DNA of 63,811 nt, the filler included, from Guillardia theta CCMP2712 (Eukaryota; Protista; Cryptophyta), in the NCBI RefSeq assembly GCF_000315625.1. It is 6 parts of 6 records of this genome, joined end to end, with 100 filler letters (N's around TTAATTAATTAA, not from the genome) between each part and the next. Parts side by side here need not be neighbours in the genome. Positions count along the whole stretch, not along the records: positions 45,447 to 62,105 come from NW_005434666.1; positions 62,206 to 63,811 come from NW_005434080.1; 4 more parts are not named here. One strand, written 5' to 3'. A program made the position numbers and the translations under genes. The notes beneath the pieces were generated by a model, which made no database searches, had not been told where the DNA came from, and saw nothing but the letters and a program-made list of their open reading frames with translations. Shown here piece by piece: positions 49,365 through 63,811 of this stretch (its first letter is position 1; each line of letters opens with the position of its first letter).

Positions 49365-51120
49365 TCAAGGCTTCTCGCTGACGGATGTCTGCATGCTGTC
49401 CAGCTGAGAGGCAAAGAACCTGTCTCTGAGAGGACATGACATCAGTCCCTCCTCCTCCTCCCCACCTCACTCTCACTGCATCGGTCGCATGAACGGAAAG
49501 AGTAGAGAGCCGACCAGGCCGGAGCCTGCCGAGACCGATCTCCAGCTGAAGGTCAGCTACGACAGGAGACTGCTGGAGTCCACCTGATGGCGAAGTAAAC
49601 TCTTCCCAGCTCTGAGCTGCTGGGATCCTTGCTGGGCTCATACCCATCCCACAAGACCGCCAGGCGCTCTTCTCCCCGGATCAGATGCCCCTGCCTGCTG
49701 CAGCCTAAGCGGACTCAGAGGGAGGGAGGAGGTTACAGCGTCGAGTAGGCGACCTGAACGAGATTAGTGCTGAGGAAAGGAGAGGAGAAGACAAGGCAAG
49801 GCAAGGCAAGGCAAGGCAAGGCAAGACAAGAGCAGGAGAGGAGAGGAGAGGAGAGGAGAGGAGAGGAGAGGAGAGGAGAGGAGAGGAGAGGAGAGGAGAG
49901 GAGAGGAGAGGAGAGGAGAGGAGAGGAGAGGAGAGGAGAGTATCGATGAGGATGGGCGCGTAGCACCTGCGACAGTCTCGCGCTAGGTGAGAGCTGATTG
50001 AAGAAGCAGTCGGCATCGCGAGCCCGGTGCTTAAGCGGCACATCCACGTCCTCGTACACTTGCCTTGTGCTCGTCAGGTCGTGCTGAGGGGGTCGCGGCT
50101 CACCTGCAAGGGTTTCTGACCCACATGAGACCTCCGTAGCATCTGGCAGATACAAGCGTTAGAGGAGGAGGAGGAGAGAGAGGAGGAGGAGAGGGAGAGG
50201 GGAGGAAAGGAAGGATGAACGGTGCGATAAAGAAGAGAGGGAGGAGAAGGAGGAGGAGGAGGAGGAGAGGAGGAGGAGAGAGGGAGGGAGGGAGTGGAGC
50301 AGCAGCAGCAGGCATAAGAGGAGCGTTCTCTGACTTCGCATATGTCACCACAGGACTCTCTTTCTCCTCGTTCTTCTTCGCAGGCGACAAGACGCCAGCC
50401 CATGCCACCTGCAGCCGCGTGACTTTCTCGCCCTGCCCCTCCATCCCTCACGTTGTCCATCACCCTCCAGCGCGTCAGTAGCGCTCGTGCCCTCTCATAC
50501 GCTTCTCGTCCTCGTCCCACACACGTCGAGCGACTGATGACCGTCCATCCCTTCGGGCTTGACATGCAAGCATCCTGCCGGATTCCCGGTTGAGAGGAGG
50601 AGGAGGAGGAGGAGGAGGAGGAGGAGGAGGAGGAGGAGGAGGAGGAGGAGGAGGAGAGGAGAGGGAGAGGAGAGGGAGAGGAGAGGAGAGGACAGGAGAG
50701 GACAGGAGAGGGAGAGGGAGAGGGAGAGGGAGAGGAGAGGAGAGGAGTCAACGAGGTTGAGATCAAGACGAATCGAAGAGGGGAAGGAGAAGGTAAGGAT
50801 GGTAATGGAGTGGGTGAGGAGGAGGAGTTTACATTGAAACTTTGGCTCCTCGTGACGCCGGGTTGCTCATGGTTGAAGGCTGGAGGGGCTCTCAGACGTC
50901 GAGCTCGCCCCTCCCTCCCTCACCTCTGCCCGACAGCGAGGAAGCAAACATCCCCAGCTCCTCCCCCGTCTGCTGCTGCGTCAGCGCGTGCAGCTGAGGA
51001 GCTCAGGCTCACAGGTTTCGTCAAGGAGAAGACGGTGAGGAGAGCAGCCGACGCTCCTCCCGCCCCGTCCAGCCGCCCCGCCATGGCCACCGCCACCCAC
51101 ACCCACCAGGAAAGCCGCAT
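49365..51120 (-). CDS. DUF1990-family protein, multi-exon, with signal-peptide-like start
   Basis: Exons [61 protein letters not shown] and PFMRPMQ/DRFF match DUF1990. Confidence 0.8.
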
Positions 51121-53350
51121 CGCCTTGCCTCAGGAGCGATGCAATGCCAGGAACAAAGGGAGGGGGAGGCGTAGGGGGGGGAGGAGGGAGGGGGAGGGGG
51201 AGGTGGGGCTCGGGGAGGGAGGAGGAGGAGGAGGAGGAGGAGAGGAGGGACATCAGTTCGTGCAGGCAGCGGAGGAGAACGACTTCGTCGCTCTACGGCA
51301 TTTGATGTCCTCGCACGTCGACGTCAATGTCAAGGACAGGAGCGGCAGGACCGCCATGCACGCGGCGGCCGCGGCAGGGAACGTGCAGGTCGTGAAGTTT
51401 CTGCTCAAGGAGAGTGCGTCGTTGGAGGAGCGAGACGGGTACGGGAAGACGGCGGTAGAGGAGGCCGAGCGATGCAGGAGGCAGGAGGTGGCGGAGCTGC
51501 TGCGGGATCACAAGTTTCAGTCGTCATGCGATGCCTCTGATGACGCGAACATCGTGGAGATAGGACATGGAGGACGACACAAGTCGTGGAGGATGCGGAC
51601 AGCGAGGAGGAAGGCAGGCGGGGAGGGGAAGACGGAGAAGATGCCGACGACTAGGAGGGAGGATTCCCAGTACCTGACCACCCTCGAGTCACATCCCAGC
51701 AAGTGGGTTCCTCAGGAGCAGGACGAGCAGCAGCAGCAGCAGCAGCAGCAGCGAGCAGCGAGGAGAGAAGCGAAGGAGGTAGATCAGAGCATGTTGCAAG
51801 GATGTGGCTGTAACTCCATGGGTGAGCTCGGGCTCGGGCACCGGAGCCCCTTCGTGTTCGGCGCGAAGACCGTCCTCCTCCCTCGCCTGCTCCTCGGGCG
51901 AGTCACTCCGACCATGGCGGCGGCGGGGGAGAGCTTCAGCATCGTGAGCTGCGCGGAGGAGGAGACCATGTCGTGCGGGTCCAACCTGATGGGGCGACTG
52001 GGCCTCGGGGAGGAGGAGGAGAGCAAGGCCGTCTTGTACTTCACTCGCATCCCTGGGCTCAGCAGGGTCGCGCTGCTGAGCCTCTCCTGCGGCTTCAAGC
52101 ACGTGGTATGCTGCACGCGAGAGGCCGAGCAGCGAGTCCTGTCGTGGGGGGGAAACGAGGAGGGGCAGCTCGGGTTGGGGTTTGTGAGCGACAGGCCTTG
52201 CAAGGAGCCGCAGGAGGTGGAGGGGCTGAGGGGAGCAGGAGTGACGGTCGTCTCCTGTGGTAGACTTCACTCGCTCCTGCTGAGCTCCTTGTGGGGCCTC
52301 GTCGCCTTCGGGAGCAACTCGCACGGTCAGCTGGGGATAGGAGGGAGCGACAGCTGCTGCAGCTCCCCCACCCCCCTCGAGCTGCCGGACGGGCCCCCGT
52401 CCTCGGTCTCCTGCGGCTCCCATCACACTGCAGTGGTCATGGCCGACGGCTCCATCCTCTCCTTCGGAAACAACTCCAACGGTCAGCTCGGCGTCGGCAC
52501 TCACGACAGCCCCGTCCTCTCGCCTCGCCGCATGCTCCTCCCTCCTCTCTCCCGCGCGCTCTCCTGCTCCTGCGGAGGTCTGCACTCGGTGGTGGTGGCG
52601 GAGAGCGAGGAGAGGACGAGAACTGTCTTCGCGTGCGGAGCAGGCAAGTTGCTGCACCTGCTTTCTCCCTTTGACTGGCGCGGCAGGCGGGTGCGGACAG
52701 CAGGGGACGAGCGGGGCGCAGGAGAACAGCTTCGTGCCTCATGAGGTCGCGACGCTGAGGGGGAAGCGAGTCGTGTCGGTTACATGCGGGATGTTCCACA
52801 CGTTAGGTGAGAGGGAGGGAGGGAGGGAGGGAGAGGAGAGGAGAGGTGAGGTGAGGAGGGGAGAGGGAGAGGAGAGGAGAGGAGAGGAGAGGAGAGGAGA
52901 GGAGAGGATGGAAAGGGAAGAGGGAGGGAGCGCAAGGATGCATGAGTCTGACAAGCTGAGGCAGCGCTGGTGGTGGAGGATGGGCCTCGAACGGTACTTT
53001 ACAGCTGGGGCATGGATCAGTTTGGCGGGGGGAGGAGGACGGGCTCGCATCTCAACAGCTCGCACGCGGAGGATGGAGTGCCGCGGGTTGTGATGCGCGA
53101 GGAGGAGGAAGGAGTCGCCATCACCAGTATCGCAAGCAGCGCGAGCAGCAACCACTCGCTCCTCCTCCTCCGTCGGCGCCTCTCGTGGGAGCGGGAGCGT
53201 ATCCTGTGGATCGGCTTCCTCAAGGGCGACCCTCGTTCGTGCTTGATCGCTCGCTTGCCTTGCGACGGCTCCTCCTCAACCTCCTCCTCCACCACCTCCT
53301 TCTCCTCTCGCATTCTCAGGACAATCCTGGACTACTCTGCCCTCCTATGA
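51083..53350 (+). CDS. Ankyrin-repeat + RCC1-repeat protein (start uncertain)
   Basis: [29 protein letters not shown] (ankyrin); multiple G.N..GQLG.G / VSCG..H RCC1 blades; last exon ends TGA at 53350. Confidence 0.85.
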
Positions 53351-53589
53351 CCAGCGTGAGGGGAACTATCAGGCTCGATAAGTTCCTCATATTCATTCAG
53401 TTGCCTCCAGGCGCCAAACATTCTTGTCATCCTTCTGCTCTTGTCGTCAGTCCTCCTCCTCCTTCCTCCTTCATCTGGCTCACCTGTAGAAGATGCTTCA
53501 TGGATGGTGTTTCTGGTGCTTTGCCTTGGTTCACGCGCACCTGCTGTCTGCTCAGAGTCCTCCTCCTCCTCCTCCTCCTCCTCCTCCTC

Positions 53590-53689
53590 NNNNNNNNNNN
53601 NNNNNNNNNNNNNNNNNNNNNNNNNNNNNNNNNNNNNNNNNNNNNNNNNNNNNNNNNNNNNNNNNNNNNNNNNNNNNNNNNNNNNNNNN
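53590..53689. other. Scaffold gap (100 N, no linker)
   Basis: Plain N run, distinct from the inter-contig spacers. Confidence 0.95.
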
Positions 53690-54244
53690 GGGGGTACTCG
53701 GGTAGGCAAACCGGGGGGTGGTAAGACCTTTATAAGGAAAGCGAGGCGAGCCCGTGCCCAAAGCCGCTGACCGCCAAGTTACTAGTTAGCTGGCCCGGCC
53801 CGGACGTTCACGGTTGATGCACTGCACACGAACGTAACACTGCCGGGAAGGATCCGATGATCTGAGCCTGAGTGAAACACAAGCATCCAGACATGCTGAG
53901 AGGACCTTAGCAAGACGGCTAGGAAGGCCGGCCGCGGCTCTTCCGACGGTCAAACGTACCGTACTAGGCTAACTTGATTGTCGCAGTAGCCGCGGCGGCC
54001 CCCCCCCCCCCCGTCGCACAGTAAGTAACTCGGAACTTTCCATACGGTACGGTAGCCTTGCTAGCCCAGGCTACGGTACGGTACCCGCCGGGCCGGGCCG
54101 GGCCGCCTTCACTGATTGAAGCGGCCCGGCAGGGCCCCGCACGTGCAGTTTCAAAACGTTTAAATATTTCAGTCAAATATTGAAATCTTGGCACTGTATT
54201 TGGGCATCGATCAGGAAGGATTTCCCCACCAAAAGTAGCATGGT

Positions 54245-55137
54245 ATGAGGGAAACAGGAATGACAAGTGAGGAGAGGAGAGAAGAGAAGGGGATGAAGAG
54301 GAAGAATGCTCATCGGAGCGAAGAGCAAGAAGATGCAGAAGTGGATCAAGATGCCTTGGAGAGGCTTGAAAGGATGCAAAGAGAGCGAATCATGGAGATG
54401 TTCGGTTATGATGCGGAAGAAGAGAACGCGATCCTGAGAGCCAAGTCAGAGTCAAAGAGCACCAAGGTTCAGCCGAAGCAAGCACAGCCCCTCAGCAGCA
54501 AGAAGCCGAAGGTTCAGAGCTCCAGCAGTGTGAGGGTGTCGGGGCCCTCTGAGCCGGTTCGAAATGAGTTGCCCAAGTTCGATGGAAAGGGGTCACGTCC
54601 TTCACGTCCTGTGAAGGTCAGCAGGGAGAGCGAGGCGACGACCTCGAGGCCGAAGGCGTCAGAGAATTTCATGTCCTCGAAAGTCTCAAAAGTACATGGG
54701 GGCGAGGAGAAGGCTTCAAGCGGCGTGATCAAAGGAAGGACGCTGAAGCGGAAGACCGGGGATGATGAGTTCATATCCACTGCCAGGATTGTAGAGGAGC
54801 TAGGTGCTTCGATGTTTGCAGGCAGGAAGAGAAGAGCGTGGGAAGCGAAGAGGCTGAAGGAGATGGGAGCCAAGGGGCCCAAGAACCAGAAAGTCCCCTA
54901 CGACATTCTGATGCGGCGGAAGAAGAAGATGGCGTGAGTGAAGGAGAGAGGGAGCCCTTGACGCTGACATGCTGCAGGAAACTGGACGAGCGGCAAGAGA
55001 AGATGGAGGTCGAGTCAGGGATGAAGCTCAAGGCCACGAAGAAGAAGAAGAAGGGCAAGACCATCCACTCCCTCAACACTGTTGGTGTCATGACAGTGAA
55101 GCCGTTAGAGCAGAAAAAACGAGGAAGAGGGAGATAG
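54245..55137 (+). CDS. Faf1/DUF4602 (C1orf131)-like small-subunit biogenesis factor, 2 exons
   Basis: ELGASMFAGRKRRAWEAKRLKEMGAKGPKNQKVPYDILM; intron ~54934-54978. Confidence 0.65.
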
Positions 55138-55202
55138 CGCCAGACCTGTTCTTTCATATCAAAACTTTACTGACAGATATTACAAGCTTTCAGTCGCACT
55201 TG

Positions 55203-58200
55203 CTAGAACAGCGCCGAGATCCTCCGGTTCCCTGCCACTGAAAGTCGCGTGTCCTCGTTCTGCCCCGTAGCCGGGGGGTTCCGCTGCTTCGCCTCCACGT
55301 TCCACTTGGCGACGAAGGGATGACGGAGGAGGCGGCGAGCAGAAGGTCGTTCTTGCTGCAGAAAACGTCAGCTCCTCCTCCTCCTCTTCCTTCCCTGCTC
55401 TCTCACCGGGTCTCTGCGGAAGCACAGGGCACAGAAGTCTTGGCACTCTTGGGAGAGGGTGGGAGGGAGAACAGGAGGCGCGACAGTCCGCACGATGTGC
55501 CAGAAGAGAGCAGCAACGTTGGAGAACTGATTGGCGAAGGGAGGCTTCGACGTGCACATCTCTACGACGCAGCAGCCGAGAGACCATCTGCAGTATCATG
55601 AGGAGGAAGATGAAGAAGAAGAAGAAGATGAAGCAGAAGAATGGGACGAGGAAGAGTGGCAGAGAACGAGAGGGGGAGAGGGGAAAGGGAGAGATTGAAG
55701 AGGATCGCATACAAGTCAGACTGTCTCCCGATGTGACTCTGCTTGATAACCTCAGGAGCCATGAAGAAAGGTGTTCCCTTCATAGACATCTGCGCTGCCT
55801 CCCCTGCCATCCAATCACTCCTCCTCCTCCCTCCTCCCTCCTCACCATTGATGGAGGACAGGTTCCGTGAGGCTCCGAAGTCAGCGACTTTCACGTTCCC
55901 GTCGGCGTCAAGCAGCACGTTAGCGCACTTCACGTCGCGATGGAGGATGCAGTGCTTGTGAAGGTAGTCCAGCCCGAGCAGGATCTGCCGCGTGTAGGAT
56001 CGAACCTACTTGAGCTCAGCGATCTCCTCCCTCTCCTCCCTCTCCTCCCCCTCACCACTTGCTCGTTCAGCGCCCCGAAGGTCGCGATGACGGAGGCGAT
56101 GGATCCTCCCGCGCAGTACTCGACGAGCACGGAGATTCCTTTGTCTCGCTGCACCCCATAGTAGGCGACGATGTTGGGGTGCCGCAGCTGCTGCAGCAGT
56201 TTGATCTCAGCCTCCAGCTCAGCGATCGCCGACTCTCCGGCCTTAGAGCAGTCCACCTCCTTCACTGCAAGCAGCTCCCCCGTCGCCTCGTTCAACCCCA
56301 GGAATACCTGCTTCCTCGTCAGCCCTCCCCCCGCCCACCTCCTCCTCCTCCCCTCCGCCTGTGCTCCCTTCCTCACCTGCCCAAAGGATCCCGCGCCCAG
56401 CAGCTCTCCCTTCTTGAACTTGATGTTGCTCTTCGCCATGGCCTTGAGCTCGTCCTGTCGCTCCTCCATCTCCTTCATCACCTCCCTCCGAACCTCTGCG
56501 TGCTCCTCAGGGGTGTAGTAGTTGTCGCCAAGATAGTCCCAGTAGTGCACCGACAGCCGTTTCTCCTCCACCTCCTGCGTCTCTTGCTCTTGGACGGTGA
56601 CAGAGGAGGAGAGGGAGGAGGAGGCGGAGGAGGAGGCCGCGCTCTCCTCCTCCGCTACCACCGGCAGCGTGCTCGGACGAGGCTTCGGAGGCTTCATGGG
56701 GCTCATGAATTCAACTGACGGGGCGCCAAGGGCCGCGAGCTCAGAGGGTGAGGGAGCTTGAGGAGGAGGGGCAGAGGAGGGAAGCGCCGGAGGATCTTCA
56801 GGGTCCTGTAGCATCCTGTCGGAGGAGAGGTCCAGGTCCAAGTTGGAGCAGATGCCTTCCACATCCTGAGACTCCGAGAGCTGATGGAAGGACAGCTCGC
56901 TCCTCTCGCTCTTCTCCGGCGACTTGAAGCTGCTCGAGTTGACCTCCTCCATCATCGAAATCTCCTTCCTCTCCTCCTGCTTGCTGCTTTCGCTCTGCCG
57001 AGGTGAGAGATCGTCGGCCGAGTTCACGCGCATGTGCCTGGAGGTAGCGGACTGCCCATGGTTCTCCTTGTCCGAGAAGGAGGAGGAGGATTCTTTGGCT
57101 GGGAACACAAGAGACTTCGGCATCGTCTTGGTCAACGGGCTCCGTTGCGGCACCGTGGCGAAATTAGCTTTCCTCTGAGCCGAATTGGGGAGTCGAGGAG
57201 AGGCTTTCACGGCCATGCAGGGGCTCGAGGCAGCCGGGCAAGCAGCAGAGGAATGAGATGAAGCTCGAGCAGCCTTGAGGCGCTGACGCTCCTCCTCTCT
57301 CCTCAGCTTCTCCTCGTCTCGCTCTCGTTCCTCCCTCTCCCTCTCCTCATCCATGATCTCCAGGAACCTCCTCCCAAGCAGCAGGAACTGCTCCCCCTCG
57401 TTCTCCTCCCACTCGTTCACCATCTTCATCAGCTTCTCTGTCACCTTCGGCAGCTCCTTGCTCACCATGTTTCTCCTCCGCTCCTCCTGTTGTCGCACTC
57501 TGAATGAATTCGCTCCCCTGTCCAGCAGCCTCGACGGGTCAGTCGCCGCGTTCCGCAGCTCCGCCGCCTCCTTCAGGATCGCCTCTCGTCGTTCGATCTG
57601 CTTCAGCACTGCCTGACGTTTCGACAGCCGCTCGTTGAGCCGCTCTTCCTCTCCCTTGAGCCTCTTGAGCTCCTGAGCACAAGCGTCAGGCCCGCCAGAC
57701 CTTCCCCGTCCATCTCACCTCGACCGAAGGCCCCCTCCTCTCCTCTGCCTGATCCACTGCCTCCTCCTTCAGCTCTGCCTTGATGGCCGCCAGCTTCTCG
57801 CTGGCCTCCTCGCACAACTCAGGAAGCATTCGATTCAGCTTCACTCGGAGCTGAGAGCCTCAAGTCAAAACTCTCGCAAGGGCAACGGCAACGATTCACC
57901 TCATCGATCGACCTCTCGTTCTTCGCGATCATTTGCGCATAGCAGCTGTCGGAGGGATGCGAGACGTAGGCCTCTTGCTCTGCTGGAGCTGTCCTGGTGA
58001 CCTCCAGGAGCTGTTTGATCTCGTCCTGCTGCGCATTCAGCTGACCCTCCATTTGACCCCTGACTTGTTGCAGCATGTCCAGCCTCGTGCAGGTTCTCTT
58101 GACCAAGTTTCCTGTCTCCTTCAGGGACTCTGTGTTCAAATCCATCTGCATGTCCCAAAGTGAGGCAGACAGAAGCATTCACCCTACTTTACCTGACACA

Positions 58201-58889
58201 TCTCGTCTACGTCTTTCCAGTCCTTGTCCCCTGGCGAGTTTCCAACCAGCTCGATGAGTTCTCTGATGCCAGCGAGCGATCTCTGCAGCTCTTCTATTCT
58301 CTGCTCCCTCAGTTGTTGCTTCTCAAACACGATTTGACGAATGTCTTCCTCGTGCTGTGGAGAAAGATTCATTTCGATGTTTGCCTACCAAAATGTTACT
58401 GCAATGAACACATGTATGTTCAAGCGTCACCGTTGTCTGCTCCTCCTGTTCTTGGCTCAGAATACAAAACTCATCACAGTAAAGGAACTTCAATTCCTCC
58501 AGCAGATTTGTCATGACCACATATCTCTCGTCTCGAAGCGTTTCTGTTCGGGATAAGATTGCCTCCAAAGTCTCCATCTTCTCTTTCAGCGCGACTTGCT
58601 GCCCTTGCCCATGTGTTGAATCATTCTGAGCTTGTTCCCCTAGCTGGTTCTTCATGGAGCTCAGTCTGACCTCCAACAGGCGAATCTTCAGATTCATCGT
58701 TGCTTTCTCCTCCTTCGCCTCATTGACCTTGGCTTGCAGGATCCTCTCGAATTCGTTTGAAATTTCCTTCTGAACCGCACTGCGATCATCCTCGGCTATT
58801 CCGATCTCATTCCAAAGACTTTCCAACGAGATGAAGTGATCTCTGGCCTTCTGAGCAAGATCTTCTGCGATCACATCCATCGACTTCAT
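55203..58889 (-). CDS. MAP65/Ase1/PRC1 microtubule-bundling domain fused to an NPK1/MEKK-like MAP3K kinase domain
   Basis: N-terminal LESLWNEIG coiled coil; conserved motif DPSRLLDRG...QEERRR..VSKELPK..EKL..V.EWEE.EG.QFL..G; kinase FKKGELLGAGSFGQV, LAVKEV, LRHPNIV, HRDVKCANVL, VADFGAS, MKGTPFFMAPEV, RPSARRLLRHPF; stop at 55203. Confidence 0.88.
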
Positions 58890-59631
58890 CGCTGCTGCGC
58901 CGCCTATTCGCTCCTGAGTGGACAGCGGGTTGAAAGAGCTCCTACTGTAGATGCGAGAGGCGCAAGACGACTGGTGGCTGCGAGTGAGAGCTTACGTTCT
59001 TCTCACTGTGACACTGGCAAGCGCTCTCCTCCCCTCTCTCTCCTCAGCTTCTCCTCCTCCCCTCCCTCTTGGCCAGCATGCCGCGATGCTAGGCGTGTAG
59101 ATTTGAAATGTTGAGTAAAGCTTTCCAACCGACACACATATGAGGGGTGGGGTGAATATTGTCGAGGGTGGGTACTATTGGTACCAGTACAGGGGGACTT
59201 GGGGTGATGTGATGAGTTTGAAAGCAAACAGAAGGGTAGGGTAGGGTAGGGTAGGGTAGGGTAGGGTAGTTTGAATAGGGGTGGGGTCAGAGAAGTATTG
59301 GAAATGGTGGACTGCAGAGCAATGATGCAGAGAGGAGAGGAGAGCAGAGCAGAGCAGAGCAGAGCAGAGTGGGTATGGGGGTATGGGAGAGAATTGAGGA
59401 GATAGATGAAAACATTATTCAGAGACGGTATAGCTGATGACAGACGAGTGCACACCACGAGACGAGCAACTTTGAAGGCGCAAATGGCTCAATGAAGGAA
59501 AGTCAGAGCAAGAGAATGAGAATGGAGGGAGGTGGGTGGAGAGAGAGGATGTAAGATTAATTTCTTTCCTGCAGAGCTGAAAAAACCTTCCTCTGTTTGA
59601 TTCTCTGCCCTTCTCTTGATCCTCCATCGCC

Positions 59632-62105
<2,474 letters not shown>

Positions 62106-62205
62106 NNNNNNNNNNNNNNNNNNNNNNNNNNNNNNNNNNNNNNNNNNNNTTAATTAATTAANNNNNNNNNNNNNNNNNNNNNNNNNNNNNNNNNNNNNNN
62201 NNNNN
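62106..62205. other. Assembly spacer
   Basis: N run with TTAATTAATTAA. Confidence 0.97.
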
Positions 62206-62424
62206 GGGTAGTTTAGTACACCCCACCCCCAACTACTGCAAACTCTAGTTGCAACCGCCTCATATTACAGTACCGCCTCATATTACAGTTTTAGTACAGG
62301 GTGAAACTAATACTCTCGACGCCCATTACAACAAAAGGAACGACGGCTGAAGAGAAAGACAAGTTTGTATCTTGATTTTTCATCAACGAAGACGAGGAAA
62401 TATGAGGCGCAAGAGAAAGTGGGA

Positions 62425-62522
62425 ATGATTGCAATTTGCTCCTGAGACAGCAGTGACACTGAAGGACATCGATATGATTGCAATTTGCTCCTGGAACAGC
62501 AGTGACACTGAAGGACATCGAT
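62425..62522. repeat. 49-bp tandem duplication
   Basis: ATGATTGCAATTTGCTCCTG..CAGCAGTGACACTGAAGGACATCGAT, 2 copies. Confidence 0.85.
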
Positions 62523-62642
62523 ACTCGACTAGTATCTATTCACGGATTACTCATAGCAAGCTACACAGTTGCAACCCGCTTGCTGGTCCATGCAAGGGGT
62601 CACAACGGACGATCAGTGGCGGGGTTCGTGTCGTCGAGCTTC

Positions 62643-63413
62643 TCACTGCGAGATCGGTTCCTTGTCGAGCTGCTGATTCTTCATCAGTCTTGCCCTCCGG
62701 TCTGAGTACCAGGAATAGGCGTACTTGCCTGTCCTGTAGCTCCCGTACGCCGCCGTACCGACGACAGCCGCACCGACGCATGCTACAGCAGCTGTTGTGG
62801 ACAGTCCCAACATGCCGGTTGCTCCAATGCTCTGAAGCGTCGCTACCATTCCCCCTGATGCCATGGACGCGACTCCTCCTCCAGAAGCGACGGCTGAGGC
62901 TGACATCATAGACGCTGCCGTGCTGCCTGCGGCGATGCCAGTGCTGGTGAAACCAATCGCTTGCACTCCAGCCACAGCAGCGGCAGGAGCAAGCATCGCA
63001 CCGCCCAGAGCCCCTCCTCCTGCAGCTGCCGCTCCTGATGAGATCCAAGGGCCTCCACGTCTAGCACTCTCAGTTGCCTCCTTTAGATCTGTGTCTTCCC
63101 ACTGCACGATCCATTCAGCCGGAAGCTCCTCCACCCGTCTCAGCACCGCCTCCCCGTCAGACCCATCCAGACAAGTCAGAGGTTTCTTCTGATCAGCGTC
63201 AGCATAGAAGATCGGTCCGTTGTCAAGCTTCTGATCCTTGGCAAAAACGCGAACAAACTGTTGGTCTTTGACCTTGAATGCAAACGAACCATCGACCTCA
63301 ACATTGAAGGACTCCATCGCTTCCTCTGGCAGCGGAACAGTATCCTCAGCAGCAGCAGATGTTTCTGGTGGGTTCATCGCACTTTCACCTTTGTCGGTGC
63401 TCGTTGGCGCCAT
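62643..63413 (-). CDS. IFI6/IFI27 (ISG12)-domain protein with acidic N-terminal extension, intronless
   Basis: [48 protein letters not shown] is the ISG12 motif. Confidence 0.85.
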   Translation of the reverse strand: MAPTSTDKGESAMNPPETSAAAEDTVPLPEEAMESFNVEVDGSFAFKVKDQQFVRVFAKDQKLDNGPIFYADADQKKPLTCLDGSDGEAVLRRVEELPAEWIVQWEDTDLKEATESARRGGPWISSGAAAAGGGALGGAMLAPAAAVAGVQAIGFTSTGIAAGSTAASMMSASAVASGGGVASMASGGMVATLQSIGATGMLGLSTTAAVACVGAAVVGTAAYGSYRTGKYAYSWYSDRRARLMKNQQLDKEPISQ

Positions 63414-63811
63414 GCCTTTCCCTGTTGCGGCTTTTCTTTACTCAAAGTTAAGTTAAAAATCAGTACGAGGCCCGTGACCGGGCCGGCGGGCCGCGGCCGG
63501 GGCCCAGTTCAGTTCAAGTAGTCAAGCCTAGTCATAAGTTAGGTTAAAAATCAGTACGAGTTTCACTGAAAGTCAGTAGTGAGTTTACAGTACTGAAAGA
63601 GTAGAGGAGGCTTGTCGGACCCTGAAAAGGCTGTCGCACATCATGGCATGCCATAGTGGCGAGAAGTGATTAGGTATACCCCCAAACTGCGGCGAGAAGA
63701 GAAAAGACAGCGAGAACCGACCCTCATCATCCTGCCCACTGATGTCCCGGCCGGGCCGCGAGAGTCCCGGCGCCGGTCCGCCGGTGACCGTCGGAGAATA
63801 TCTTTTAGGCC

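Noticed and set aside
49815-49940. (GAGAG)n tract as telomeric repeat
   Set aside because: It lies within an intron of the DUF1990 gene and similar tracts recur in many introns.
53332-53589. Minus-strand ORF next to the gap as a gene
   Set aside because: Short, low-complexity, truncated by Ns and overlapping the 3' end of the RCC1 gene; unsupported.

Overview
This is eukaryotic, not prokaryotic, DNA. It has GC-rich genes with many introns stuffed with microsatellites; by my inference it most resembles a Guillardia/Hanusia-type cryptophyte nuclear genome. The window joins six contigs with 100-nt N spacers carrying TTAATTAATTAA, so adjacency across those spacers is not biological. Host genes include an N-CoR/Snt1-like SANT protein, an SRPK kinase with a signal-peptide-like leader, and a giant PGPGxY-repeat/PDZ/WW/HECT ORF. 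Others are an SMIM20-like microprotein, an SPX-RING E3 ligase, DUF1990, ankyrin+RCC1, Faf1/DUF4602-like, a MAP65/Ase1-MAP3K fusion, an LRRC45-like gene and an IFI27/ISG12-domain gene. The 20-kb AT-richer contig (11635-31950) is a nest of mobile DNA. It holds three decayed KDZ-type transposase remnants (one with perfect 25-bp TIRs), tandem and hairpin arrays, and a nucleotide-sugar transporter plus GT77 glycosyltransferase pair. It also holds a ~3.7-kb virus-like insert (fibre-like ORF, half a glutaredoxin, SLATT-like ORF) and a 3.3-kb element with 166-bp TIRs whose decayed transposase shows RAG1/Transib-like motifs in the expected order. The strongest leads are the RAG1/Transib-like transposon, the MAP65-MAP3K fusion, the nested viral fragment and the ciliary-repeat HECT ligase. 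All family calls are by-eye motif recognition without database searches, and boundaries of spliced genes are approximate.
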